From NCBI RefSeq assembly GCF_963921235.1, contig NC_086108.1, forward strand, positions 107,944,001 through 108,008,000: a DNA stretch of 64,000 nt, read 5' to 3'. This stretch comes from Mobula hypostoma. Taxonomy: Eukaryota. The notes beneath the pieces were generated by a model. The model made no database searches and was not told the DNA's origin. It saw only the letters and a program-made list of their open reading frames with translations. Below are positions 38,216 to 52,079 of this stretch, in pieces (position 1 is the first letter of the stretch; every line of letters begins with the position of its first letter). The translations under genes were made by a program, and so were the position numbers.

Positions 38216-40039
38216 AAAGTCAGCCCAAAGCGTCGACTCTCTATTCTTTTCCATAGATGATGTCTGAAATGCTGAGTTCCTTCGGCATTTTATGTGTGTT
38301 GCTCTGGGTTTCCAGCATCTGTTGAATCTCTTGTGTCTGACATCTGCCATCTATTAATTGGACAGTTTCATGTCCTCACTTTCAATGCCATGTGCTGTCT
38401 CATTCAGGTTCACTTATTTATTAATGTACGTCGAAACATTCAGCGAAATGTGACCTTCGTGTTAGTGATCAACGTACCCTGAGGATGTACTTGGGGCAGT
38501 CTGCAAGTGTCACCTCACATTCCCACGCCAGCATAGCCTGCCCACAATATTCGCAGAACACAAATAGCAACAACAACAGATCAACAGAGGATAAAACAAC
38601 CACAGCAAAACAGCCCAATTTCCTCCTGCACACACACACACACACACATCACAAGATAGGAAGCCCCTGGGCCTCCAGCCTCCAGTGGACTGGCAGACTT
38701 GCAGACTCGGGCATTTGGCCATATGGCCTTGATTTCGAGCTTGCTGACTTCGGTCTTTGACCTTTGGGCGCCATGGTTGTGTAGCCGTTAGCACATTGCT
38801 ATTACAGTTCAGGGCACAGGAGTACAGTTCAATTCTGGCATCATCTGTAAGGAATTAGCACATTGTCCCCGTGACCTTGGGTTTCTTCTGGGTGCTGCAG
38901 TTTCCTCCCACACTCCAAAGACCTGCCGGTTAATGGGTTAATCGGTCATTGTAAATAGTCCTGTGATTAGGCTGGGTATTAAATCAGTGGGTTACCGGGC
39001 ATTCTGGCTCATTGGGCCATAAGGGCCTGTTCCAAGCTGTATCTCAAAATAAATAAATAAATGAAATTCGGTATTGACCCCAGCTCACAGAGATATTGCG
39101 ACCCTGACCTCAAAGTCTCGAATCCTAAACTCACCGATGACAGTACCCGAATCTCCAGTCCTGAACTCTGACCTTGCTGATCATGGGATTCCGAACCACC
39201 TTATTAAGAGCCTGCTGGATGTACTCCACATTAAGTGAATTACTCTCTTTCATTATCCAAAAAATTCTATCAGGTCCATAATCCTTCACAAAAGCCAAAC
39301 TCTCCATTAACTCTGGCTACACTTCCCACTGCCTCGCAAGCACAGCGAACTCATCAAGGACCCACTCCCCACTCTAGTCTTTCTCTCCCCTCCTCTCTCC
39401 TGTCTGTCCCAGGATGTTTTGTACATCACCCTATTGGTTGCTGGGCATTGTCTAGATTTGGGAGGTACACACAAAATGTTGGAGGAACTCAGCAGTCAGG
39501 CAGCGTCTGTGGAGACAACATTTTGGGATGAGACCATCTCAGCCCGAAACGTCGACTCTTTATTCCCCTCCATAGATGCTGCCTGACCTGCTGAGTTCCT
39601 CCAGCATTTTGTGTTGCTCTGGATTTGCAGCATCTGCAGGATCTCTTGTGCATAGATTTTGTGGCTGTAATGCACCCTCAGTAAATGATAATTTACCCTT
39701 CTCGATGGTGAATCAGAATCAGGTTTAATATCCCTGGCATGTGTCATGAGCAACACACACAAAATACTGGAGGAACTGCGTGGGCCAGGCAGCATCTAGG
39801 AAAAGAGTGTAATCAATGCTTCGGGCCGAATTCTCAACTGTACTCTTTTCCTAGATGCTGCCTGGCCTGTGAGTTCCTCTAGCATTTTGTGTGTGTTGTT
39901 CGGATTTCTAGCATCTGCAGATTTTCTCTTGTTTGTGATGGCATATGTCATGAAATTTGTTGTCATGCGGTAGCAGTGCATCACAATACATAATAAAAAC
40001 TGTAAATTACAGTAAGTATATATATTGTGGACTTCAGAA

Positions 40040-40740
40040 AGGGTATGAGGAGGGAACACATGCTAATCCTCATACACTGATCAGGTGGAGAGAGTGAGCA
40101 GTTTCAAGATCCTGGGTGTCAATATCTCTGAGTACCTAACCTGGATGCAGCTATAAAGATGGCAAGAGTGTGTCTATATTCCATTAGGAGTTTGAGGAGA
40201 TATGGTTTGTCACGTACAACATTCAAACTTCTGCAGATATACTGTGGGAAGCATTCTGAATGGCTGTATCACCGTCTGGTATGGGGTGGCTACTGCACAA
40301 GATCAAAGTAAGTTGCAGACACATGTAAGATTATTCACCTCTATCATGGGTACCAGTCTCTGTAGTATCCAAGACATCTTCCAGGAGTGGTGCCTTAGGA
40401 AGGTGGCATCCATCATTAAGGACCTTCGCCACCCAGGACATGTCCTTGTCACACTGTTACCATTGGGAAGGAGGTACAGGAGCCTGAAGGCACCCAATCA
40501 GTGATTCAGGAACAGCTTCTTCCCCTCTGCTATTTGATTTCTAAATGGAAATTGAACCCATGAACACCTCCTCACTACTTTTTTATTTCTGTTTGCTTTC
40601 TTTGCACTGCTTATTTTACTTAACTACTTAACTTATATATTTAACATATTCAGTTTTTCTCTATATTATCATGTATTTCATTGTACTGCTGTCATAAAGT
40701 TAACAAATTCATGCAAGTGATATTAAACCTGATTCTGATA
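40040..40740 (+). mobile_element. Rex1/Babar-like LINE 3' end
   Basis: VERVSSFKILGV...FCRYTVGSILNGCITVWYG...IIKDLRHPGHVLVTLLPLGRRYRSLK. Confidence 0.9.
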
Positions 40741-42812
40741 TACTGTATATATATGTCAAATTTAATAAGTCATGCAAAAAGATAAAAAAACTAGTGAGGT
40801 AGTGTTTGTGGGATCAATGACCGTTAAGAAATCTGATGATAGAGGGGAGGAAACTGTTTCTGAATCATTGTTTGTGTCTTCAGGCTGCTGTACGTCCTTC
40901 CTGGTGGTAGCAATGAGAAGAGGGCATGTCCTGGGTGATTGGGCCAATAATGATGGATGCTGCCTTTCTGAGGCATCATATTCTGAAGATGTCTTGGATG
41001 CTGAGGAGGAGGCCAGTGCCCAGAATGGAGCTGATATCTCAGAACCAAGAAAAGATGAATGTGCAGTTACAATTTTTATTCCCTAATCTTTTGCTTGTAT
41101 TATGGGAATATGATACTGTAATTGTAAAAATGATTTCATTAATTCAAACTCATTAACTAATTTGCGTCACTACTTCACGGAATTCATTTCAAATAGATGT
41201 GATAGGAAACTGTGAAATTTAAAATCACCCCCAAACTTGGTTCTCAGAGGGGGACTCATTTGTAAATGAACCTTAAGCAATATATTGAACTCCATCTGCG
41301 TTCTCAATATTAGTAATTATTCATTGCTGCCTTATTAATGAGTCGTTTCAGCTAACGTCGAGGTTTGTCGTCATCTTCTTCATCTGAAAAGACGTGTTCT
41401 CAAGTTGAATATTTAACTCAGTTAATGGAGAAAGGCGGAAAAAATGCTGGAATCCTCTCAAATATTGAATGTCCTACCGAGAGTGAACGTGGAGTGGATG
41501 TTTCCTATAGAGGGAGAGTCTAGGACCAGAGGGCGCAACCTCAGAATAGAAAGATGTCCCTTTAGAACAGTAATAAGGAGGAAGTTTTTTAGCCAGAGAT
41601 TGGTGAATCTGAAATTCATTGCCACAGATGGTGGAAGAGGCCAAGTCATTGGGTATACTTAAAGCAGAAGTTGATATGTTCTTGATTAATGGCCGGGGGG
41701 GGGGGTCAAAGGTTACATGGAGAAGGCAGGGGTTGAGAGGGAAAATAAATCAGTCACAATGAAGTGGTAGAGAGGACTTGATAGGCCCAATGGACAAAAC
41801 CTGATCCTGTGTTTTATGGTCTTATGGAAAAAACAGTTGAACCTTTGAGTACTTTGCATCAGGCTAGAATCAAGGCAAAGTCATCGAGAAGAGGGGTGCT
41901 ATGTTCAGTGTACCTTATAAATCAACTTGAGTTTAATTGTCATTCAGCCATACATAAGCATACAGTCAAACAAAATAGTGTTCCCCTGGGGCCAATGTGC
42001 AAAACACTCACACACAGCACAAGGCAAATGCAGCATATATACGGTAATTACAACAGCAGTAAAACAGTCTCAAAATCTGAATCAGAATCAGTACTGTATA
42101 TGTTGTGAAATTTGCTGTTGTGCTGCTATATATATATATATATATACACCATAAGTTAAATTAAATAAGCATTGTAAAAAGAGGAAAAAAGTCGTGAGGT
42201 AGTGTTCACGGATTCAATGTCCATTCAGAAATCTGATGGCAGAGGGGAAGAAGCTGATCTTGAATTGTTGAGAGCTCGGTCCCTCCTCCCTGGTCGAGGC
42301 AATGAGAAGAGAGCACGCCCCGGGTGATGAGGAAACTTAGCGGTGGATGCTGCCTTTCTGAGACATGGTGATTTGAAGATGTCCTGGATGCTGGGGAAGG
42401 CTAGTGCCCATGATGGGGCTACTGTGTTCACAACTTTCTGCAGCTTATTTAGATCCTGTAGTGCGCCTCTTCCCCATTTAATGCTAGCCTAATCACAAGA
42501 CAATTTACAATGACTAATGAAGCTACCAATTGGTATGTCTATGGACTGTGGGAGGAAATCGGAGCACTTGGATGAAACCCACACGGTCATGGGGAGAATG
42601 TACAACTCCTTACCGCAGCAGGAATTGAACCCAGGTCGCTGGTACTGTAAAGCACTGCTAACCACTACGCTACCGTGCCATCCCAATTTATTAATGAAAT
42701 CATTTCTCTTTTTTTATTGTAATTTATAATATATTTTATGCATTGCACAGTATTGCTGCTGCAAAATAACAGATTTTGCGACATACAGTACGTCAGTGAT
42801 AATAAACCTGAT

Positions 42813-43280
42813 TGCAATTCTCACAACACGCTGGAGGAACTCAGCAGGTCGGGCAGCATCCGTGGAAAAGATCAGTCGATGTTTTGGGCCGGAACCCTTT
42901 GTCAGGACTGAAGAGGGAAGGGGCAGGGGCCCTATAAAGAAGGTGAGGGGAGGGTGGGAGGGAGAAGGCTGGTAGGTGCCAGGTGAAAAACCAGTAAGGG
43001 GAAAGATAAAGGGGTGGGAGAGGGGAAGCAGGGAGGGGATAGGCAGGAAAGGTGAAGAAGGAATAGGGGAAAACACAATTGGTAGTAGAAGGAGGCGGAA
43101 CCATGAGGGAGGTGATAGGCAGCTGGGGGAGGGGGCAGAGTGAAATAGGGATAGAGGAAGGGAGGGGGAGGGAATTACCGGAAGTTGGAGAATTCTATGT
43201 TCATACCAAGGGACTGGAGACTACCTAGACAGTATATGAGGTGTTGCTCCTCCAACCTGAGTTTGGCCTCATCATGGCAG
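42813..43280 (-). mobile_element. Penelope-like element 3' end: GIY-YIG C-terminus + pseudo-LTR + hammerhead (42873-42910)
   Basis: 43279-43175(-) translates as CHDEAKLRLEEQHLIYCLGSLQSLGMNIEFSNFR*. It is followed by a pyrimidine tract and CAGTC-CTGACAA-AGGGTTCCGGCCC-AAAA-CATC-GACTG (core hit by CpG-type changes). Confidence 0.88.
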
Positions 43281-44405
43281 TTACTGATTGTAATTTTATT
43301 GGTGAATGATTAATCTACCAATAGAGCCCAATTGCGGAGCCTTCTATTTAGTCTCAATGTAAAATTGATGCATCAGTCTTTTTATGAGACCACCTCGAAT
43401 GTGGGGGTACAGAGGAATACAAACTGAATTGTTGGCTCAGTGGTGGTAATGCGGGGCCAGTTATCTACCCTGCATTATGGCTTCCATTGCACACGACAAA
43501 GGGCAAAGGGTGGGGGGGGCAGTGGCAAGTAAGAGCAAAAAGAGGAGGTGACGTTTCCCTGTTATTCATGGCTGTACGCTTTTTTTTGAGGCTGGTTGGA
43601 AATTGCAAAGACAAATGTGTGTTGGTCTTAATGAAGGGTCTCTAAGTTCCAAGTGCATATATACTACCATATACAATCCTGAGATTCATTTTCTTGTGGG
43701 AATTCACAGTAAATACAAAGAAAGAAAGGAACACTATTAATAAGCAATAAATATCGAGAACCTGAGATGAGGAGACCTTGAAAGTGAGTTCATAGGTTGT
43801 GGGAACAGTTCAGTGTTGGGGTGACACATCAACCGTTTATTAATTTCCATAGATGCTACCCGGCCTGCAGTTCGTCCAGCATTTTGTGTGTGTTGCTCTG
43901 GATTTCCAGCAGCTGCAGAATCCCTTGTGTTTATAAATGTGTGTTGGTACATTTGAGCTGACAGCTTGCCAGTTGTAAGTTCATTGTCTTGTGTTTTTTT
44001 TCTCCCCATTTCCAAACCACTGCTGCTGAGTATAGTGTGATGTGCCATGTTGGAATTTCTAAAGCTGTGATCATTGAGAGATGAATATTGGTCAAGATAT
44101 GGAGAGTATTATCTCTCCTGAAGTGGGGTTTCAGAGGGAACTTGCAAAGTCCACACAAACATCACCCTGATTTATGAGGATAGGTTGGGTGAGCTAAGGC
44201 TCTCCTCTTTGAAGCAGACAAGGTGACTAGATAGAGGGGTACAAAATAATAAGAGACACAGATCAATTGGAGAACTAGAGACTTTTTCCCAGCGTGGAAA
44301 TGGCTAATATGGGGGGGGGGGCATGATTTTGAGGTAATTAGAGGAATGTATATGAGAGATATCAGAGACTAGTTTTACTTTACCCAGAGAGTAACGTACA
44401 CGTGT

Positions 44406-44712
44406 GAGCACGTGGCTAAGTGGTTAAGGCATTGGACTAGCGACCTAAAGGTCGTGAGTTTGAGTCCCAGCCGAGGCTGCGTGTTGTGTCCTTGAGCAAG
44501 GCACTTAATCACACATTGCTCTGTGACGACACTGGTGCCAAGCTGTATGGGTCCTAATGCCCTTCCCTTAGACAACATTGGTGTCGTGGAGAGGGGAGAC
44601 TTGCAGCATGGGCAACTGCTGGTCTTCCATACAACCTTGCCCAGGCCTGCGCCCTAGAGAGTGGAGACTTTCCAGGCGCAGGTCCATGGTCTCGCAAGAT
44701 TAATGGATGCCT
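44406..44712 (+). mobile_element. Full-length tRNA-derived SINE (family A) nested in CR1
   Basis: A box TGGCTAAGTGG, B box GAGTTTGAGTCC, GTGTCCTTGAGCAAGGCACTTAA core, stem-loop 3' tail. Confidence 0.88.
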
Positions 44713-45345
44713 TTATTTATTTTAACATACACAAGATGCTGGAGGAAGACAGCGGGTCAGGTAGCATCTATAGAGAGGAAGAAACAGCCAATGTTTCAGC
44801 CTGGAAACCTTCATTTTTTGCGTTTACAGAGAGAGTGGTGAATGAGCGCAAGAACCTGCCGGGGTGGTAGTAGAGATGGATACACCGGGGCAATTAAGAA
44901 ATTCTTAGATAGGCACATGGATGACAGAGAAATGGAGGTTATTTAGGAAGAAAGGGTTAGACTGATGTTAGAGTGGGTTAAGTGATCAGCAAAACATTGT
45001 GGGCCCAACAGCCCATACTGTGCTGTAGTGTTCTATGTTCTATGTATATGTAGGCATGCCAGTGTCTCTACTTCAGCAGGAGTTTGAGGAGGTTTGTAAA
45101 GATTAACAAATTTCTACAGAGGTGCTGTGGAGAGCATTCTAACTGGTTGCTTCACCATCTGGTATGGAGGGCCCACTCTACAGGATTGGACAAGGCTTGG
45201 AGACTCGGGCATTGGAGACTCAGCCAGCTCCATCAACCTTCCACTCTATCGAAAGGCAATGCCTCAAGGAGGCGGCAGCCATCATTAGGAATCCTCACTA
45301 TATGGGACGTACCCTCTTCTCATTGCTTCCATCAAGGAGGAGGTA

Positions 45346-45489
45346 AACACAAAATACCCTGCAGATGCTGGGGTCAAAGCAACACTCACAACACGCTGGA
45401 GGAACTCAGCAGGTCGGGCAGCATCCGTGGAAATGATCAGTCAACGTTTCGGGCTAGAATCCTTCATCAGGACTGAAGAGGGAAGGGAT
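45346..45489 (-). mobile_element. 144-bp PLE-derived insertion with 10-bp TSD inside a Rex1-like LINE
   Basis: GGAGGAGGTA at 45336-45345 and 45490-45499 flanks the insert. Confidence 0.88.
45438..45475 (-). ncRNA. Minimal type-I hammerhead ribozyme motif, intact core
   Basis: CAGTC-CTGATGA-AGGATTCTAGCCC-GAAA-CGTT-GACTG: palindromic AACGTT stem III, 5-bp stem I, weakened stem II. Confidence 0.72.
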
Positions 45490-46364
45490 GGAGGAGGTAC
45501 AAGACCCACACTCAATGTTTTAGGAACAGATTCTTCCCCACCGCCGTCAGATTTCTGAACAGTCCATCAACACATGAACACTACCTCATTGTTCCTCTCT
45601 GCACTATTTATTTTCTTTATTTCTTGTATTTTATAGTATTTTTTTTTACATATTGCACTGTACTGCTGGCACAAAGCAACAAATTTCACAACATAAGTTC
45701 ATGATAATAAACCTGAATCTGATTCTATTTGAGTCAAGCACCTCATCTACAAAACAGCCATACTTGGCAGAGTTACTATCCAGCAGGTCCCTGAAGCAAG
45801 TTTATTGACAAGCAAAGTTGGGTGAGACCCGTTGGCATCTGTTGCCAAGGACAACAATGGAAATTGGATATAACTCGGGGAAAACTTGTTCGGCAGGTTT
45901 GCGATAATTTAGGAAGTCTTTGTTTTGGAGTTTTTTTTCTGCTCAGCCACTGACCAATTATCCTGTGGCTTTTCAGCAGCTTGTACAAAGGATGTTTTTG
46001 TAACCCATGCTGAGAATATCCTCTGCGTCATTTCTACTTTGGCGATTATGTAGTGCGGATATATGTAGAATTCTGTAGCATTGATTGGAATGAGTGCAAT
46101 CTGTCCATCCCAATTACAACAGTAACAAGGCTTGTGCCTTTGCTCAATCTCATCTTTGGCATCACCCTGATGCAATTTGTTATACATTTGCAGCTCAGTT
46201 TTGGTTCTGCTTTCTTTAGACAATAAGGAATTGTCATGGCAAAGGAGGAGACATTTGTCCATCAGATCCGTCCTGGTTTCTTGACCAACGTACACAAGCG
46301 AGCTGTAGGAACTCAGCAGGTCAGACAGCATCTGTGGAGGGGAAATGGACAGTCAGTATGGACC

Positions 46365-47100
46365 AGTAGTTTTAAATTCCTTGGTGTTATCATATCAGAG
46401 AGACAAGCGTGTAAGTACCATCACAAAGAAGGCATGACAGCACTTAAACTTCCTTTGAACTTTTGCATGGATTCAGCATGTCACCAGAATCTTTATAACG
46501 GATTTCCCTAGGCACACAGTGGAGAGTATCCTGATTGGTTGGGCCGTGGTCTGGTATGGAAACACCATTACCTAGAGACAGAGAAGTTTACAGAAAGTGG
46601 TGGATGCAGCCCGGTCAATCACAGGCAAAGCCCTCCCCACCATTGAGCAAATCTACATGGAGAGCTGCCAACCACCAAGGACCCCCCACCATCCAGTCCA
46701 TGCCCTCTTCTCACTACTGCCAACAGGGAGGAAGTGCAGAAGAATTTGGTCCCACACCACCTGGTTCAGGAACAGTTAATACCCTTCAGCCATCAAGCTC
46801 CTGAGCTGGCCTGGGTAACTTCGCTCACCTCAACACTGCACTGATTCCATAACCTACAGAGTCACTTTCAAGGACCTGGCAACTCATCTCCTCAGTATTA
46901 TTTATTTTTTATTTGCAGTATTTGCCTTCTTTTGCATATTGGTTATTTCCCAGACTTTTTTGTGTGTAGCAGAGGTTCCCTATCTTTGTTATGCCATGGA
47001 CCAATATAATTGGGCAAGGGGTTTGTGGACTCCAGGTTGGGAGCCCCTGGTATAGTTTTTCGTAAATTCTATTCTAAATCTTATTCTTCTTTAAATGCTT
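46365..47100 (+). mobile_element. Rex1/Babar-like LINE 3' end with hAT MITE (46970-47049)
   Basis: SSFKFLGVII...VDAARSITGKALPTIEQIYM...HPVHALFSLLPTGRKCR. Confidence 0.85.
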
Positions 47101-47606
47101 TGAGGAGCAGCATTTTTACCCAAGGAGAGATGGGGATGTACGTGGAATGAGCTTCCAGAGGAGGTAGCTGAGGCAGGTGTAGTAATTTTAAAGGACAATT
47201 GGACAGGAACGGAAAGGTATCAGACATGGATTGGAAAGGTTTAGAAGGCTAGAGACCAACTAATGGCAAATGGGACTAGATTGGATGGGGTACTTTGGTC
47301 AGCAGGGGCGTTTGGGCTGAAGGGCCTGTTTCCATGCTGTTTAACTTCATAGTCTGTGGGGATATATTTTTATACAGAGAGTGGTGGCAATGAGGAAGGA
47401 GCTGCCAGAGGAAGTGAGTGAGGCTGGTACAAGACACTTGGAGCCGGACGTAGATAGAAGCTTAAGGGTTAAATGCCAGACCGTTTTACTTGCTTGGAAA
47501 GTCATCTGGGTTAGCATGGACCAGTTGGGCCTCAGGGCCTATTTTCATGCTGTAGGACTCCCTGGCTCTGTAGATATGACCCAGGCTCACCATTATGCAG
47601 AACACA

Positions 47607-48233
47607 CACTCAGCGGCCACTTTATCAGGTACACCTGCTCGTTAATGCAAATATCTAATCAGCCAATCACGTGGCAGCAACTCCATGCATAAGAGCATGC
47701 AGACATGGTCAAGAGGTCCAGTTGTTGTTCAGACCAAACATCAGAATGAGGAAGGAACATGATCTCAGTGACTTAGACCGTGGAATGATTATTGGTGCCA
47801 GATGGGGTGGTTTGAGTATCTCAGAAACTGATGATCTCCTTGCACGACAGTATCTAGTACAGCGGTTCCCTTTCTGGGGTCCACAGTTAATGGTAGGGGT
47901 CCATGATATAAAAATGGTTGAAAACCCCTGCTTTAGAGTTTACAGAGAATGGTGCCAAAAATAAAATAAAGACACATCCACTGAGTGGCATTTCTCATCG
48001 CCTTGTTAATGAGAGAGGTCAGTGGAGGATGGCCGGGCAGATTCAAACTGATGGGAAGGCGACTGTAACTCAAATAGCCACATGTTATAATGGTGGTGTG
48101 CAGAAGAGCATCTCTGAATGTACAACATGTCAAACCATGAAGTGGATGGGTTACAGTGGCAGAAGATTACGGTCACACAGTCAGTGTTGACTTTATTAGG
48201 GCAGGAGGTGCCTAATAAAATGGCCACTGAGTG
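47607..48233 (+). mobile_element. Second copy of the Tc1-derived MITE, with a hAT MITE inserted at 47860-47930
   Basis: CACTCAGCGGCCACTTTATCAGGTAC...GTGCCTAATAAAATGGCCACTGAGTG-TA; RKEHDLSDLDRGMIIGARWGGLSISET. Confidence 0.9.
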
Positions 48234-48498
48234 TAGAAAAGTTAGTGACAATAAATGCAGTCCTTGCCAATCATATCCACATCCTGTGATAGAAAAAAAG
48301 AATCAATACATCCTTTTATGTCCCATTTTTGCTGCATTGCTTTCCCACTTCCTTTGTTAATTGGCTCAACTGTTCATTGTGCTGGTGAGCAAACTGTTAG
48401 AATGTCCCCTGAATTAAAAGAAAGCATTATACTTGCAAACTCTGGCTAGATTCATGAATTCGTAGAGTCTCAGCACAATTTCTCATCATTGCTGTCTT

Positions 48499-48848
48499 GG
48501 GTGGTGGGTTGGAGATAAGTTGCTACCAAAGGAGGTGTAAAGTGTTCTGCTTGCCTGCCGGTCCCCGTTGAGCAAGGTGCAGTGCCTGCTTAGCCCCCCT
48601 GAGCAGGGTCACGTGAAGCCGTGGGAACAGGTGGTGGATGGTCATCTGAGCAGTTGATGCACATCACCGGCCCTGGTTATGTGAACACTGACAACAGCAA
48701 GACAATTTCCGAAGTGATAATGGCTGGGGTCACTCACTCTGTAAAGACACTGCCCAGAAGAAACCAATGGCAAACCACTTCTGTAGAAAAATTTACTAAG
48801 AACAATCATGATTGCCTAAATCATATGACACAGCACATAATGATGATG
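48499..48848 (+). mobile_element. RTE-related short retroposon (family B), second copy
   Basis: Colinear with 29019-29382. Confidence 0.75.
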
Positions 48849-51800
48849 TTGATTTTTAGTTGAATCACAAAGTCTTAGAGCACTACATAGAAACATAGAA
48901 AATCTACAGCATAATACAGGCCCTTCAAAGTTGTGCCGAAAATGTCCCTACCTTAGAAATTACTAGGCTTACCCATAGCCCTCTATTTTTCTAAGCTCCA
49001 TGTACCTGTCCGAAAGTCTCTGAAAAGACCCTATCATATCTGCCTCCACCACTGTCGCCAGCAGCCCATTCCATGCACTCACCACTCTCTGAGTAAAAAA
49101 ACTTACCCCTGACTTCTCCCCAGCACTGTAAACCTGTGTCCTCTTGTGGCAACCAGAGCAGTACAGCATAGGAACAAGCCATTTGGCCCATCTAGTCCAT
49201 GTCTAACTATTTCTACCTAGTTCCATTGACCTGCTATGGGTTTTGCTGTATCCCTTCCACTTCACCTCTTTATACAGACAATCTAACGATTAATGATCTT
49301 TAAACTTTAGAGATCAGCTCTATTTGTCACACATCAATACCTTGATCTGTGTTAATTAAATCAATGCCCATTACAGTCTGAGAATTATGCTGGAGGCTGC
49401 CTGGAAGTGTCACCACGCTTATGGCACCGTCTCAGCATGCCAACAATGCACTAACTCTACCCGTAAGTCTGTAGAATGTGGGAGGACATCCATAATGTCT
49501 CCGGGAGAACGTACAAACTCCTTACGGACAGTGACTATATTTCAGTCCAGATGAAAGTTCTCGGACTGAAATGTTGATTGTCTGATCTGTTGAATGATTC
49601 CTGCAGATTCTGCCATCTGCTGTCTCTTGTGTCCATCTGTATTTCTGGACCCTTTGTTTGCAAGATTCAAGATTGTTTATTGTCGTTCTTCAGAACTCTG
49701 ATGTAAAGGAGAATGAAATGATTGTTACTCCAGATCTGGTGGAGCGTAAAAACGCAATGAGCATAAAGAACATAATAAAAAAAAGCACAATAAACAGAAA
49801 TATAAAAGCAATCCTATAAAATGCAATTTACAAGTAACTGTTTTGAGTGTGGCCATATACACATAAGATTAGCCTATATACCTTTAGGCCTGATTGTATG
49901 TACCTAAAGTCAGAACGAGAATCAGAATCAGGTTTAATATCATAGGCATATGGTGTGAAATTTGTTGTCTTTGCATCAGCAGTACAGTGAAATATATAAG
50001 AACAAAAACTAAATTACAGTAAATATATGCATATCAAATAAGTATTACAAAAATAGAAATAAAGTATTGAGCTAGAGTTCAAAGTCCATTCAGAAATCGG
50101 ATGGCGGAGGGGAAGAAGCTACTCCTGAATCACTAAGTGAGTGCCTTCAGGCTTCTGTACCTCCTTCCTGATGGTATCCTTGAGAAAAGGGCATGTTCTG
50201 GCTGATAGGGGTCCTTAACGATGGACATCGCCTTTTTTGAGTCATCATTCCTCTAGGTGTATGAGTCTCTGTACATAAGGTGACAGAACGGAAATGCTAA
50301 CGTAACAAGGTGACTCTTGGCAAGAGAAACTCTTCTTGGTAGCAGCAGGGCATATGAAAACCCAATAGGACAGTGATCATGTCCGTGTAGGTGTCACCCA
50401 TACATTGTCTCCACATCAGACCATTGTTCAGTTTTGTTCTTCCCCCCACACCTGCCATTACCACCTCCCTACCTAGTTCTAACTTCCATGTCCCAAAGGA
50501 ATGACGGATCAGACCAGAGGGAACCCATGTAGTCACAGGGCGAAGGTGAAAATTCCACACAGGCAGAAGCAGAGATGAGGATCAAACCACAGTTGCTGGC
50601 ACAATGAGGCAGTGGCTCCACTGTTCCACACCTGGGTTTTCCTCATTGGAATTAGGAGCAATGAGCAGTCTGCTGGAGGAAAAATAGACCATAAACATGA
50701 GAAAGTGTGCAGATGCTGGAAATGCAAAGCAACACACACAAAATGCTGGAGGAATTCAGCGGGACGGGCAGCAAATGAATAGACAGTCGATGTTTCAGGG
50801 TGTGTGTGTGTTGCTGGAGCAATATACCCAGTTAAGCCCCATCAAAGTAAATTTATTATCCAAGTACATATTTGTTGTGTCTGTGCACGTGTTGTTTAAA
50901 TAAAAGCACAGAGGTGGGAAATGGCTTTAACTGTTGTATTCACATTGCAGCGAGAGAGAAAGGTAAAAATGCACGTGTGTAGACATCAGCACGTGGATGG
51001 ACAACAGATCAATACGTAGTGCTCAGGGGGTGTCATTAATCTAAGAGAAATAGATCTGTACATTACAGTATATATCCCCATTTACTACCTTGAGATTCAT
51101 TTTCTTGCAGGGATTCACAGTGCAACAAAGAAATAAAATGGAATTTAAAAAAAACTACACACAAGCAGAGACTGACAAATTGTGCAAATACAAAAAGAAA
51201 TTAGAGCAATGAGACATAAATAAGTAAATAAACTAAATTTAAAAAACATAGCGTAGCGGTTAGCCTGACGCTATTTTGGTTCTGGGCGTTAGGGTGCATT
51301 CTCGCACTGTCTGTAAGAAGATTGTATATCCTTACCATCAGCGTGTGGGCTTCTTCAAGCGCTCGAGTTTCCTAGCTCAGGCCAAAGACGTACGGGTTAG
51401 TAGACTAGTTTGTCCTTGCTGATTGCCCCGTGATTAGGCTGGGGTTAGCAGGTGGGTTGCTGGGTGCCGCAGCTCATCGAGCCAGAAATGCCTGTTCTAC
51501 ACTGTCGCCAAATAAATAAATAAATAAAGTACCTAAATGAATAAAAGGTAGGTCGACAGATCTAGGTGCAAGGCTTTCACCTGAAATTTTGACCTTTCTT
51601 TCCCCGTCCCATAGATGATGTTACTCCAGCAGACTGATCCTCCAATTCTAGCATCCCACTTATCTAAGAAAGGATGTACTGGCATTGGAGTAGATCCAAA
51701 GGAGGTTCATGAGGATGATCCCAGGAATGAAAGGGTTAATGTACGAGGAGCATTTGATGGCTCTGGGCCTGTATTCGTGGAATTTAGAAGAATTGAGAGG

Positions 51801-52079
51801 GGGATCTCATCAACACCTATTGAGCATTGAAAGGCCTAGGTAGAGTGAATGTGGAGAGGATGTTTTCTATGGTGTGTAGGCGAGGACCAGAAGGCACAGC
51901 TTCAGGATAGAAAGACATCCCACTGCATCCGAGATGAGCAGGTACTTCTTCAGCCAGAGGGTGGTGAATCTGTAGAATCCACTTAAAGTGTCAGAGGCTA
52001 CAGGGAGAAGGCAGGAGAATGGGGTTGAAAAGGATAATAAATCAGCCATGATGGAATGGCAGAGCAGACTCGATGGGGC

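Noticed and set aside
44406..44480. tRNA gene
   Set aside because: tRNA-like A/B boxes continue into a SINE body present in three copies; no proper acceptor stem.
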